DNA of 64,000 nucleotides from Williopsis jadinii. Its lineage: Eukaryota. Where the stretch lies: contig AP024665.1 in the NCBI GenBank assembly GCA_024346625.1, positions 62,001 through 126,000 on the forward strand, given 5' to 3'. Position 1 is the first letter of the stretch. Each line of letters begins with the position of its first letter. Of this stretch, positions 25,737 to 35,132 are shown piece by piece. The notes under the pieces were generated by a model. It saw nothing but the letters and a program-made list of their open reading frames with translations, did no database searches and had not been told where the DNA came from. The position numbers and the translations under genes are program-made.

Positions 25737-27926
25737 ATGGATATGGCTGAGCAACCACTCTACTCCGAGGTACTCGGACTACCAAAGACGGACCCTACTC
25801 GCTGGCGATTGAACACCACTGAACTTGGTGCTACTACATGGGAGTATCTCACTGGTGATGATGAAGATGTAAACGAGAGAGAACAGTCGGCCTTTGTCAA
25901 GTACGCCCTCGAGGTTGAAGACTTCGATCCACCTGACCTGCCAAATGACTCCCAATCTGCGTTCACAGCTGCGAAGAACGGTGCCACGTTCTTCAGCTAC
26001 TTACAAGATGAGAGTGGTATCTTCCCGATGCAGTATCAAGGCCCAATGTTCATGACGGTTGGTTATGTGGTGGCTCATTACTTCTCAAAGACACCGATTC
26101 CGGAGCATGAGAAGGTAGAGCTGATCAGATACATCGTCAATACCTCCCACCCTGTTGATGGAGGTTGGGGCCTCCATTCTGTTGATAAGTCGACATGCTT
26201 TGGTACTACTATCAACTACGTTGTCCTGAGACTATTGGGATTGCCAAAGGACCACCCTGTTTGCTTGAAGGCTCGTAGAACTTTGATGAGACTTGGAGGC
26301 GCACTGAGAACACCACACTGGGGGAAGGCTTGGCTGAGTGTGCTGAACCTCTACAAGTGGACAGGTGTCAACCCTGCCCCTCCAGAGCTTTGGGCATTGC
26401 CATATTGGTTACCGATTCATCCTGGTAAATGGTGGGTTCATACTCGTGCCATTTACTTACCCTTGGGGTATCTATCTGCGGCTCGTGTACACTGCGAGGA
26501 GGATGACCTGATTAGAGAGCTAAGAGACGAGATATACAAACAGGACTATGATTCGATAGACTTCTCAAAGCACAGGGATGACGTCTGTGGAGTGGACCTG
26601 TACTATCCACATTCGAAGCTGTTGAACTTTGCAAACTACTTTCTGTCCAAATGGGAGAATTGGAGACCATCATGGCTCTTGAGATCTCTGCAGACGTTGA
26701 CGTATGACCTTGTCAAGAAGGAGTTGCTGAATACAAAGGACTTGTCCATTGCGCCTGTTAACGCTGCCTTCAACACCGTCATGGTGTTTCACGAGGAAGG
26801 CAAGTCGCCTCTCTTCGAGTCGTGTATGTCCAGATTGAAGGAGTGCCTCTTCCATGGCTCGCAAGGTCTGACAGTCATGGGAACTAACGGTGGACAGGTC
26901 TGGGATTGTGCGTTCGCAGTCCAGTACCTCTTCATGGCCGGGCTGGCAGAGCTGGACGAGTTCAGACCCATGGTGGAGAAAAGCTACAGGTTTCTCGTCA
27001 GGTCTCAGTTCACTGAGGAGTGTGTTGATGGAAGCTACAGGGACAAGAGGGTTGGTGGATGGCCATTCAGCACCAAGGAACAAGGATACACCGTCAGTGA
27101 TTGTACTGCAGAGTCTGTTAAAGCCATCATCATGGTTAGAAACAGTGCCAAATTTGCCCATTTGAAGGACTTAATCACAGATGACAAGCTGAACAGAGCT
27201 GTTGATGTGCTCCTCTCTCTACAAAACGTTGGCCACTTTGAGTTTGGATCCTTCGCCACGTACGAGAAGATCAAGGCCACCCCACTGATGGAATTGCTCA
27301 ATCCAGCTGAAGTGTTTGCCAATATAATGGTTGAGTATCCGTACGTTGAATGCACAGATTCCGTCGTCCTTGGGCTGACGTATTTCAGGGAGCACTCCCA
27401 GTATCGTTCTGACGACGTTAGTCTTGCCATATCGAGAGCCATAGATTACATCAAGAGAGTCCAGGAGCCTGACGGCTCATGGTATGGATGCTGGGGAATC
27501 TGTTATACCTACGCAGCCATGTTTGCTCTTGAGGCACTCTACACAGTTGGCGAGAACTACGCAAACAGTGATATAGTTCGCAAAGGTTGTGATTTCCTGG
27601 TTTCCAGGCAGAGAGCAGACGGTGGATGGAGTGAGTCCATGAAGAGCTGTGAACTACACTCGTACGTTGAAAGCGATAGATCGCTCGTTGTTCAAACAGC
27701 ATGGGCGTTGATAGGGCTGATCTTAGCGGACTATCCGGACAAACAAGTGTTACAACGAGGCATCAGCCTGCTGATGGAGAGACAGCAACCAGATGGCAGA
27801 TGGAAGTTTGAAGATATTGAAGGTGTCTTCAACCATTCCTGTGCCATCGAGTACCCGAACTATAGGTTCCTCTTCCCGATAAAGGCACTGGGACTATACG
27901 CAAAGAGATACGAGTCACAGCTCTGA
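25737..27926 (+). CDS. ERG7: Lanosterol synthase (oxidosqualene cyclase)
   Basis: Catalytic SDCTAE, DGGWGLH, WVHTR, QW repeats (QEPDGSW, QRADGGW, QQPDGRW); start at 25737 or 25743. Confidence 0.98.
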   Translation: MDMAEQPLYSEVLGLPKTDPTRWRLNTTELGATTWEYLTGDDEDVNEREQSAFVKYALEVEDFDPPDLPNDSQSAFTAAKNGATFFSYLQDESGIFPMQYQGPMFMTVGYVVAHYFSKTPIPEHEKVELIRYIVNTSHPVDGGWGLHSVDKSTCFGTTINYVVLRLLGLPKDHPVCLKARRTLMRLGGALRTPHWGKAWLSVLNLYKWTGVNPAPPELWALPYWLPIHPGKWWVHTRAIYLPLGYLSAARVHCEEDDLIRELRDEIYKQDYDSIDFSKHRDDVCGVDLYYPHSKLLNFANYFLSKWENWRPSWLLRSLQTLTYDLVKKELLNTKDLSIAPVNAAFNTVMVFHEEGKSPLFESCMSRLKECLFHGSQGLTVMGTNGGQVWDCAFAVQYLFMAGLAELDEFRPMVEKSYRFLVRSQFTEECVDGSYRDKRVGGWPFSTKEQGYTVSDCTAESVKAIIMVRNSAKFAHLKDLITDDKLNRAVDVLLSLQNVGHFEFGSFATYEKIKATPLMELLNPAEVFANIMVEYPYVECTDSVVLGLTYFREHSQYRSDDVSLAISRAIDYIKRVQEPDGSWYGCWGICYTYAAMFALEALYTVGENYANSDIVRKGCDFLVSRQRADGGWSESMKSCELHSYVESDRSLVVQTAWALIGLILADYPDKQVLQRGISLLMERQQPDGRWKFEDIEGVFNHSCAIEYPNYRFLFPIKALGLYAKRYESQL

Positions 27927-28175
27927 GATTTGCGTGAAGGGCTCACTCGACGCTGACGACACCCTCCTGTCGTCGCAGACGTCAAAGAACTCAGATGACG
28001 GCTGAATTGAAGGACTCTTTGATCTCGCTCCAGCGTTGATCTTAGCCATGAACTCGTGTCTTTCCATAGATTCCACCTCCAATTCACCTTTCGACACGGA
28101 ACAAACTCGTAGACCGGTACACGTGATCCCCCTGGACCTCATGCCGGCGTTTAAATCAACAAATTCGAACTCCAT
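27915..28175 (-). CDS. Small hypothetical protein (86 aa), weak Hug/Spd1-like motif
   Basis: ATG-initiated ORF filling the ERG7-OMS1 gap, with an MCB (ACGCGT, 28215-28220) 40 bp upstream; its stop overlaps the ERG7 3' end. Confidence 0.4.
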   Translation of the reverse strand: MEFEFVDLNAGMRSRGITCTGLRVCSVSKGELEVESMERHEFMAKINAGARSKSPSIQPSSEFFDVCDDRRVSSASSEPFTQISEL

Positions 28176-28364
28176 TGGCGTGTATTGCGCGTTGTAGGAA
28201 GGCAGCACCGGCTGACGCGTGTACGTGTTGATGTTAGACGTGTACGGGGAGAGAAGCACACAGTGGGCGGGCTGGTGAAAAAAAAATCCACCAAACACCG
28301 AGATTCCGGCCCATACTCTCATACACTGCCATCAAAAGCGAATAACTGATAGCCTGAAAGCAAG

Positions 28365-29723
28365 ATGCTGAGTCCCTTCTTGAGGCTGAGACCCAGCGTA
28401 CGCTCCACTGTTGGACTGACAGTGCCGTTGGTACGCTACAGCTCAAGGTCTTCGTTTTACCAGGCTCCTGGAGCACACGTCAAGAAGTCCAAGACCAAAG
28501 AGGAGCTTCAATTGGAGCAACTGGAGAGGGATATGAGGTCGTCGAAGTGGTATGTGCGCTGGTGGGCGACGTTCCGCACCAAGGAGTTCCAGAAGAAGAT
28601 GACGTGGTACTACGTGGGCTCGTACGCTGTGTTTCTCTACCTGGGATGGAAGTACATGGGCGGACTGTACAAGAAAGACCAGGAGCTGGACGAGATCACG
28701 GGCAAGATGAATACACAGGGGAAAGTTAACGAGTACGAGATGCTTAGATGGAAGCAGCTCACCGGGAAGGCCCGCTACAGGGACGAGAAGAAGCTCGCGG
28801 AGTACGAGAAGCTGAAGGCCAAGGGAGTCACGGACTTTGATGGGATGGAGATCACCGTTGAAGGGTTGAACCACTGTCACGAGAAGATCCTGCCTGCCAG
28901 GGACACCACTGGCTTCTACGACTCCAAGGCCGAGGAGTACGATAAGGATATCGACTGGGAAGAGAAGATGGTCTTTATGGGCAAGAGACGGAAATGGCTG
29001 ATGAAACACTGTCGTGGAGACGTTCTTGAGGTGTCATGTGGTACTGGCCGTAATATCAAGTTCATGGCGATGGACCACATCAAATCAATCACCTTTCTGG
29101 ACTCAAGTGAGAAGATGATGGAGATTGCCAACAAGAAGTTCAGGGAGAAGTTCCCTCTGTACAAGAACGCTGCGTTTGTCGTTGGTAGGGCCGAAGACCT
29201 TGTTGATTTGGCACGAGGGAAGAGTGCTGATATTCAGGTGAGTGACGTTGACGAGAAGCAGGTGGATGTTACTGCTAAGCACTCGACGATCAAGTACGAC
29301 ACCGTGATCGAGGCCTTTGGCCTGTGTTCCCACGAGGACCCAGTGAGAGCACTGAAGAACTTTGCTGAGCTGCTGAAGCCTGGTGGCCGTATTGTGCTCC
29401 TGGAGCACGGCCGTGGTGAGTACGACTTCATCAACAACGTGCTGGATAACAGAGCTGAGAAGAGACTGGAAACATGGGGCTGTAGATGGAACCTGGACAT
29501 CGGAGAGCTGCTGGACGATAGTGGATTGGAGATCACCGAGGAGAAGAGAACACACCTGGGAACCACATGGTGCATCGTTGCAAAGAAGAAGGACGACAAG
29601 AAGCGTGACGAGGAGATGACCTTTGTGGAGAAGTATCTCTCTCCAGGTATCCAGGAGAGACTACAAAAGATGAAGGAAGAAGAGGAGATCATCGAGGCTA
29701 TGAAGAAGAAGAAGAACGATTAA
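28365..29723 (+). CDS. OMS1: Mitochondrial inner-membrane SAM-dependent methyltransferase Oms1
   Basis: Presequence, one TM (WYYVGSYAVFLYLGW), VLEVSCGTGRN motif I, YDTVIEAFGLCS, LLEHGR, WGCRWNLDI. Confidence 0.93.
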   Translation: MLSPFLRLRPSVRSTVGLTVPLVRYSSRSSFYQAPGAHVKKSKTKEELQLEQLERDMRSSKWYVRWWATFRTKEFQKKMTWYYVGSYAVFLYLGWKYMGGLYKKDQELDEITGKMNTQGKVNEYEMLRWKQLTGKARYRDEKKLAEYEKLKAKGVTDFDGMEITVEGLNHCHEKILPARDTTGFYDSKAEEYDKDIDWEEKMVFMGKRRKWLMKHCRGDVLEVSCGTGRNIKFMAMDHIKSITFLDSSEKMMEIANKKFREKFPLYKNAAFVVGRAEDLVDLARGKSADIQVSDVDEKQVDVTAKHSTIKYDTVIEAFGLCSHEDPVRALKNFAELLKPGGRIVLLEHGRGEYDFINNVLDNRAEKRLETWGCRWNLDIGELLDDSGLEITEEKRTHLGTTWCIVAKKKDDKKRDEEMTFVEKYLSPGIQERLQKMKEEEEIIEAMKKKKND

Positions 29724-29764
29724 GTGCAATACGTCTGTATATAAGATCACCACGTGTAAATACA

Positions 29765-30826
29765 TCAACCCCTATACTTTTCCGCAGTGATGACATCGTC
29801 ACCTATTGATTCCATAACTTCACGGTCGATGAGCTTGCCAGCCTCGTCGTACGCCATGCTGGCCTCGTAGCACGCCGTGACTCGCTCGAGCGTGATTCCA
29901 ATCTCACAGTAGGCGAGGATCTTGATACAATTGGCGTACCTCGTTATGGTTTCCCTGATGCTCTGAGAAATCTGGTCATTGACATCGCTGTAGATCTCCC
30001 ATGACGACTCTTCCTCCAGTCTCGTGATAGTCACGGAGGCATTGCCCACGGAGTAGTTGCCCCTGGTGGACAGGGCAGCAGCATCTTTGCCCACATGGGA
30101 AGCTGACTGCTGCTGCTGAAGATCACTGGTCTTTCTCAACCATACGTAGCCATTGACACCAAGAATGACACTTACTCCACCAGGCAATTCATGGCTGTGG
30201 TATTTCGATCTCACCACCAGGGAGCTAGGCACCTTCAAGAAGACACCGTCCCTCAGCTTCCCGTACTTCAAGGATCTCGTGTGCAACGAGGCAGACCCGT
30301 CTTGGAACAGGGACTGGACCTCAGCATTCAGCAAGTCTCCCTCTTTCAGGAAGTTTCTCATCTGGAGCTCATCGGCTTCGTTCTTACGTCTCAGAACACC
30401 ACCTGGCAGATTCACAGACCCAAGCATCAAGACAGCGTCCTGCTTAGCACCAATGTCCACCTTCCATCTCTTCTGGCCAACCTCTGTGATCCTACCAACA
30501 ATATGATCACCAGTCTCCGGTTGATAGCGTCCCCTGATGGGAATCACAGAGAGCAGCCTGTTCACACGAGACACTGTTCCCGCAACAGAGCTATACGTTC
30601 TATTCTCGAGGTAATACGTGCCGTGGCCTTTCATCCAGACAGGGTCATCGGTCACCAGCTCCCCCGGCGTCACTATGGCCCTGTTCTGCATCGACCCGTC
30701 TTCATCATCAGCATTGTCACTGTCCTCCATGTCAACATCGATATCCCCTTCAATTGCGTTATGTATCACCTCATCGTTATCGTTGAACGTGAGATCAGTG
30801 TGCTTGTTAATGGTGATAACGTCCAT
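29765..30826 (-). CDS. RRP4: Exosome subunit Rrp4
   Basis: VTPGELVTDDPVWMKGHGTY, S1 domain GDHIVGRITEV, KH region ILGVNGYVW. Confidence 0.97.
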   Translation of the reverse strand: MDVITINKHTDLTFNDNDEVIHNAIEGDIDVDMEDSDNADDEDGSMQNRAIVTPGELVTDDPVWMKGHGTYYLENRTYSSVAGTVSRVNRLLSVIPIRGRYQPETGDHIVGRITEVGQKRWKVDIGAKQDAVLMLGSVNLPGGVLRRKNEADELQMRNFLKEGDLLNAEVQSLFQDGSASLHTRSLKYGKLRDGVFLKVPSSLVVRSKYHSHELPGGVSVILGVNGYVWLRKTSDLQQQQSASHVGKDAAALSTRGNYSVGNASVTITRLEEESSWEIYSDVNDQISQSIRETITRYANCIKILAYCEIGITLERVTACYEASMAYDEAGKLIDREVMESIGDDVITAEKYRG

Positions 30827-30883
30827 CTTCCAACCCTTGTACGCCTTCTTTGCTACTGCTTTCTTTCCTTACTCCTTCGAATA

Positions 30884-30949
30884 CTCATCACGGGTCAAAA
30901 AATTTTCCGTGGTGATGGGGGGCCTCACTGAAAATTTTGAGCTCATCGC
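30884..30949. promoter_or_regulatory. Bidirectional RiBi promoter (PAC + RRPE) between RRP4 and TRM5
   Basis: CTCATC (30884), AAAAAATTTTC (~30897), TGAAAATTTT (30929-30938), CTCATCGC (30942-30949). Confidence 0.75.
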
Positions 30950-30998
30950 AGCATCAGACATAAATGGAAGCAGCCATTGGGTTGAAAACACAGGCAAA

Positions 30999-32330
30999 AT
31001 GAACCTAGCTCCGCCAGTGAACAGGGCTATGACCCAATTGGACAGAGCATTCTTCCATAGAACGCTGTCTGTTGTTGAGGCGCACTTCAACGAGCCGAAA
31101 CTGGTGGGCCAGTTCATCAAGTTGTACTCCAAGGACATGCTCAAGCTGAAGAAGATGCGCAACGTCAACAAATACGACGACGGCACAAGAGGTGTGCTAC
31201 TGAAGGATGAGGTCCACTCTGTAGAGGAGGTGCCTGTGAAGCTGTCTGCTGAGGGATTTCGCTTCCTCCAGCAGAATAAGGTGCAATTGAAGCCGTACTC
31301 ATTGACCATAGGATACGACTTCTGGAAAGCAGAGGAGATCCTTGGAGCCATACTGCCCGAGGAGTTCCTGGACGAGGTGCCTTCAGGCTTCACCATCACT
31401 GGCCATATTGCACACTTGAACCTGAGAGACGAGTTTAAGCCATTTGGCGAGCTTATAGGGCAAGTCATCCTGGATAAGAACCCCAATATCAGAACAGTTG
31501 TTGATAAGGTGGGGTCCATCGATACCGTATACCGTACATTCTCCATGAAAGTGCTCGCTGGAGACGACGACCTCATAGTGGAGCAGCGTGAGTCCAACTG
31601 CATCTTTCAATTCGACTTCTCAAAGGTTTACTGGAACTCGAGATTACACACAGAGCACGATAGGCTGGTCAATACCTTCCAGCAGGGCGAGCTCGTGTGT
31701 GATGTGATGGCTGGTGTCGGCCCATTCAGTGTGCCAGCTGGTAAGAAGAGGGTCTTTGTCATCAGCAATGACTTGAACCCAGACAGTTTCCACTGGATGA
31801 AGGTCAACATCCAAAGGAACAAGGTTGGTGATTATGTCGAACCTGTTAACGTTAACGGCAGAGAGCTTATACAGAGATGCTTGGACTATGCCTCCCAGTT
31901 CGACAAATCACACAACGGTGGTGTCAAGTATCTTTCGAAAAAGCGTAAAGCCGGTGAGGAGCCCATCTATCAGTTCCTTCCAGTGCCAAAGTTCATCCAC
32001 CATTTCGTCATGAACCTTCCAGACTCTGCCTTGGAGTTCTTGAACGAATTCAACGGGATATATTCATCGGTACCAGAAATCAGAAGACTGGAGGGGTTTA
32101 AACTGCCAATGGTGCATGTTTATTGCTTTGAGAAGTTCAGCCCTGATGAACCAGAGCCGAGTGATGAGGACATCCAGCGCAGAATTCACACGAGGATGTG
32201 TAGAATCATTGACTATCCATTGGACTATGACACTCTACAATTCCAATTGGTGAGAAAAGTTGCACCTACAAAGCCAATGTACCGTGTGTCTTTCCAACTC
32301 CCGGAGCAGGTGGCATTCAAGACTATTTAA
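30999..32330 (+). CDS. TRM5: tRNA (guanine-37-N1)-methyltransferase
   Basis: MNLAPPVNRAM, GHIAHLNLR, FDFSKVYWNSRLHTEH, DVMAGVGPF, NDLNP, VMNLP, VRKVAPTK. Confidence 0.95.
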   Translation: MNLAPPVNRAMTQLDRAFFHRTLSVVEAHFNEPKLVGQFIKLYSKDMLKLKKMRNVNKYDDGTRGVLLKDEVHSVEEVPVKLSAEGFRFLQQNKVQLKPYSLTIGYDFWKAEEILGAILPEEFLDEVPSGFTITGHIAHLNLRDEFKPFGELIGQVILDKNPNIRTVVDKVGSIDTVYRTFSMKVLAGDDDLIVEQRESNCIFQFDFSKVYWNSRLHTEHDRLVNTFQQGELVCDVMAGVGPFSVPAGKKRVFVISNDLNPDSFHWMKVNIQRNKVGDYVEPVNVNGRELIQRCLDYASQFDKSHNGGVKYLSKKRKAGEEPIYQFLPVPKFIHHFVMNLPDSALEFLNEFNGIYSSVPEIRRLEGFKLPMVHVYCFEKFSPDEPEPSDEDIQRRIHTRMCRIIDYPLDYDTLQFQLVRKVAPTKPMYRVSFQLPEQVAFKTI

Positions 32331-32338
32331 CAAGTACA

Positions 32339-33202
32339 TTAGTAATTCAAATCACCAGTGGTATAACTCCAGAACTGTTCAACGTAGTTCTTTTGCTCCT
32401 CTGGGTCAGCACCTCTAACGAAAAGATACACTCTACTGTCAATGGTGTTATTCCAGACACCCCTGTTACCACCAACACAGATACCACCAGTCTCCTGAAG
32501 AATCACCCAGCCGGCACACACGTCCCACATCTGACAGCCACCTTCCCAATAACTGTCGAGCTGGCCAGTAGCAACATGGCAAATGTTCATTGCTGCAGAG
32601 CCGAGGGATCTGAAACCATGTGCAAATCCACCGTTTTGACTCATGAGGCTCTTCATGAGATCCCACTTACGTTCAAATAACTCGCCACCACGATCAGACC
32701 CGGATTCCAGGCCGATCAGGGAAGATTGGAGCGTCAATGAAGGCTTTGTATCCTGAGCCTTTGGCAGACGCTTGTCATTGAGGAAAGCACCTTTACCCTT
32801 GATGGCGTGGAACAGCAGGTCCAGGTGAGGGTTATAGATCACGCCAACCACGGGCTCCTTGTTCAACGTGAATCCCAGTGAGATACACGAGTAAGGGAAG
32901 TTATGGATGAAGTTTGTAGTGCCGTCAATTGGATCCACAATGAACGTTGGGTCATCGGACAACTGAGTCTCTCCAGGGATGTACGTCTCCTCCCCAATGA
33001 ACTTGCACCCGCTGAAGCTGGCCCTGATACGCTCGCTAACAAGGGTCTCGACCTGCTTATCGATCTTTGTAACCAAATCAACAGAGTTCTTCTTGTCGTC
33101 AAAGGTCTCCCGGCCACTATGGGAACTAATTATGTCTCCGCACTCTTTGGCCAACGCCGTGAGGAAATCATGAACCTCTTGTAAGTCAATTGACGAAGAC
33201 AT
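32339..33202 (-). CDS. INM1: Inositol monophosphatase
   Basis: DLVTKID, IGEE, FIVDPIDGTTNF, SLGSAA, WEGG..WDVCAG. Confidence 0.93.
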   Translation of the reverse strand: MSSSIDLQEVHDFLTALAKECGDIISSHSGRETFDDKKNSVDLVTKIDKQVETLVSERIRASFSGCKFIGEETYIPGETQLSDDPTFIVDPIDGTTNFIHNFPYSCISLGFTLNKEPVVGVIYNPHLDLLFHAIKGKGAFLNDKRLPKAQDTKPSLTLQSSLIGLESGSDRGGELFERKWDLMKSLMSQNGGFAHGFRSLGSAAMNICHVATGQLDSYWEGGCQMWDVCAGWVILQETGGICVGGNRGVWNNTIDSRVYLFVRGADPEEQKNYVEQFWSYTTGDLNY

Positions 33203-34053
33203 CTGTGCAATGGTCGAATCTATCAAGTAACAGCAATCAACTTGCTAGCAATCAACTTGTGTGAAGAAACGTGTCTTTATAGAGCAAAGTAGACCTGAAT
33301 AACCGCGTTTGATACCTGGGAGAGGTTGCAATTGTTGGCCAAAACGGTTCCTTTTGTGGGCTTTTGCGCCAAATGTGAAACTGCGGTCAGGGCACGAAAA
33401 GGCACAGCAAAATGACAGCAAAACTGATTTGTGGCAGGAAAAGTGTCTCAAGCCCAAAAATTGAAGCTCATTCCACAAGCTCATTATCTCGCTCGTATTG
33501 TCTACCATTCAGTCAGGAAGGGACCAGATGTTCTCCATGAGCCAGTGATAGATCATCCACTCACCACGCGTCGTCCACGCAGCTGGAAGGCGTGTGTCGT
33601 TACCACTTTGCTGTGATATCCGACCATCGGACTAGATTTCCGGATTTATAACTGAATTACATACATCAGCTGTGATTTCCAGTAACACTTTGCAGTGATC
33701 ACATCCTCTTTGGGATGTGAAAATAGCATGAAGCACGAGTCCTCAAGATTCGAGTGTTTCTCTACGATGGTTTGAAAGGGGCTCGTTGAACCATTATATT
33801 TCGCCTTTCTTAGTTCTTAGGAATTGAATCTCTTCTCTTATATTTCTGAATTTTATTGTCATTAAGATTATTCTTATAGTCATGATTAGATGCAAAAATT
33901 AGAATGATATTTATAAAAATAGCAACCCCCGTTTAAATTTCCCCAAATTATACCACAATATAGCTTTCACCCTAATTAAGAGATACACAATGTATGATCA
34001 ATTCACCTTCAATACTCTCTGAGATATATCCATTCATGGTTTGTATGGTTTAA

Positions 34054-34390
34054 TCAAGAAAAACACATAAATTTGCTTATATCTCAGCAACAAAACAAAA
34101 CTTGGAAAACCTAACTAGGAAAGCAAAGTAACATATCCACATCATCGTATATATTGACTTTGAGCTTGATTGGATCAACGGCCCTTTCAAAATAAATCAC
34201 AACGTGTTGCATTTACATATGCAATTCTGGTTCTTCGTTGCATCAGCAATCGTAAAAATGTTAGGATGTTTTCAATTTCCGCTGCATTGTTTACATTTGG
34301 AATTCTTATCAACACAAAATGACACAAAACCAGTACAGTTTTATACACAGAATTAAAAACATCACCAAACAATGGCCAAGAACAAAAGGT
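34054..34390 (+). pseudogene. Highly degenerate IS607-family serine recombinase (TnpA)
   Basis: Stitching frames gives RKTHKFAYISATKQNLENLTRKAK* / YPHHRIY / IDFELDWINGPFK...VASAIVKMLGCFQFPL...LEFLSTQNDTKPVQ...NNGQ. This is colinear with the IS607 TnpA pattern YARVSSxKQxxDLxRQ..YP.H....DIGSGLNW.R.G...VVA..DRL.RFGF.L.E..F.....K.VV...NNG.R. It has stops and frameshifts. Confidence 0.5.
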
Positions 34391-34404
34391 TGAACAATAA
34401 AGGC

Positions 34405-35033
34405 AAAAATCCCAGAGGGTGTCCAAGAAAGATTCGGAGCTCTCTTACTGGAGCCATGTACATCCTATTGTTAATGAAAGAAATATTATGACGTCGATAT
34501 AACTGGAAACATTTTGAGGTGAACCCCGAAGAGCGAACTGGGGACTCCTTTGATCTCTCATTGAACAGCGAGAAAATAATGGCGTTAAAGAAGAAGATAG
34601 ACCAAATGTAGTCCGTAGGGAAGTCAAAGCAATGCCGTAAACTATACAAAACGTCACAAATATAGTGATTGATGATCATTGGCAAATCATAAGACATCTA
34701 ACATCATCCTACGAAAACATCGTGCCACCACCATCCGAAAGTCAAGAATTGGTAAGCATGAGCAGGAACCGCGGGATGAACAGAAACTTGATGATGAGCT
34801 CGCACTAAGCCTTTTACCAGCGTTTGGCCTTCAAATGTCAAGTCACGGGGACACGACTCTCGAGAATGATTGAAGAGTACATGAGCAGAACATGCACCGG
34901 CTGTGGAACAATGAAGCACACACTGTCTCTGGACGACCGCACCTTCCACTGTGCCTCGGGCAACCTCTGTGCCGACCGTGACATCAACGGTGCGTACAAC
35001 ATCCTCATCAAGTGTCTTGTCCCATCTCAGTAA
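34405..35033 (+). pseudogene. Fanzor2 / IS607-type TnpB RNA-guided nuclease pseudogene (N-terminally truncated)
   Basis: First frame (34447-34650): TGAMYILLLMKEIL*...VNPEERTGDSFDLSLNSEKIMALKKKIDQM*SVGKSKQCRKLYK. After a frameshift at 34648-34651, the next frame reads NVTNIVIDDHWQIIRHLTSSYENIVPPPSESQELVSMSRNRGMNRNLMMSSH*AFYQRLAFKCQVTGTRLSRMIEEYMSRTCTGCGTMKHTLSLDDRTFHCASGNLCADRDINGAYNILIKCLVPSQ*. It contains the EExxSxTCxxCG Zn knuckle and RuvC-III DRDxNGAxNI. Confidence 0.88.
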
Positions 35034-35130
35034 GACACACACAAGGTGTGCATTCATGCTCCTCTAAAATCACTACCTCTGTGCTGTCTCTAAAGAGCAC
35101 AAATGGCACATTTTCATGAACGATGGAGGC
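35034..35130 (+). ncRNA. Putative omega/fRNA scaffold and right end of the Fanzor element
   Basis: Directly after the stop: CACAC/GTGTG (35036-35050), and TTCATG/CATGAA (35053-35058 / 35115-35120) enclosing TGTGCT/AGCACA (35080-35085 / 35096-35101). The position matches TnpB/Fanzor guide-RNA loci; expression is unknown. Confidence 0.4.
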
Positions 35131-35132
35131 CG

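Larger units (their letters stand above)
33960..35130 (+). mobile_element. Decayed IS607-like (TnpA serine recombinase + Fanzor2/TnpB) element; boundaries approximate
   Basis: Co-oriented TnpA-like trace (34054-~34390), Fanzor2 pseudogene (~34405-35033) and hairpin-rich 3' tail (35034-35130), in an AT-rich intergenic island. The left end was not identified. Confidence 0.7.

Noticed and set aside
30618..30998. 127-aa N-terminal extension of TRM5 in the ORF track
   Set aside because: It overlaps RRP4 antisense and the PAC/RRPE promoter; homology begins at ATG 30999.
26670..31603. Long antisense or alternative-frame ORFs (e.g. 28443-29009, 30191-30931, 30869-31603; also 43487-44236)
   Set aside because: They lie opposite well-supported genes and show no motifs; they are typical shadows of biased codon usage.
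34824..35033. 69-aa ORF as a functional stand-alone Fanzor
   Set aside because: Non-ATG start, an upstream in-frame stop at 34806, and no RuvC-I/WED/REC; it cannot be an active nuclease.
34679..35057. ORF-track entries 34679-34873 (+), 34704-35057 (-), and also 34362-34697 (-), as independent genes
   Set aside because: They are off-frame or antisense to the Fanzor pseudogene, which explains the region better.
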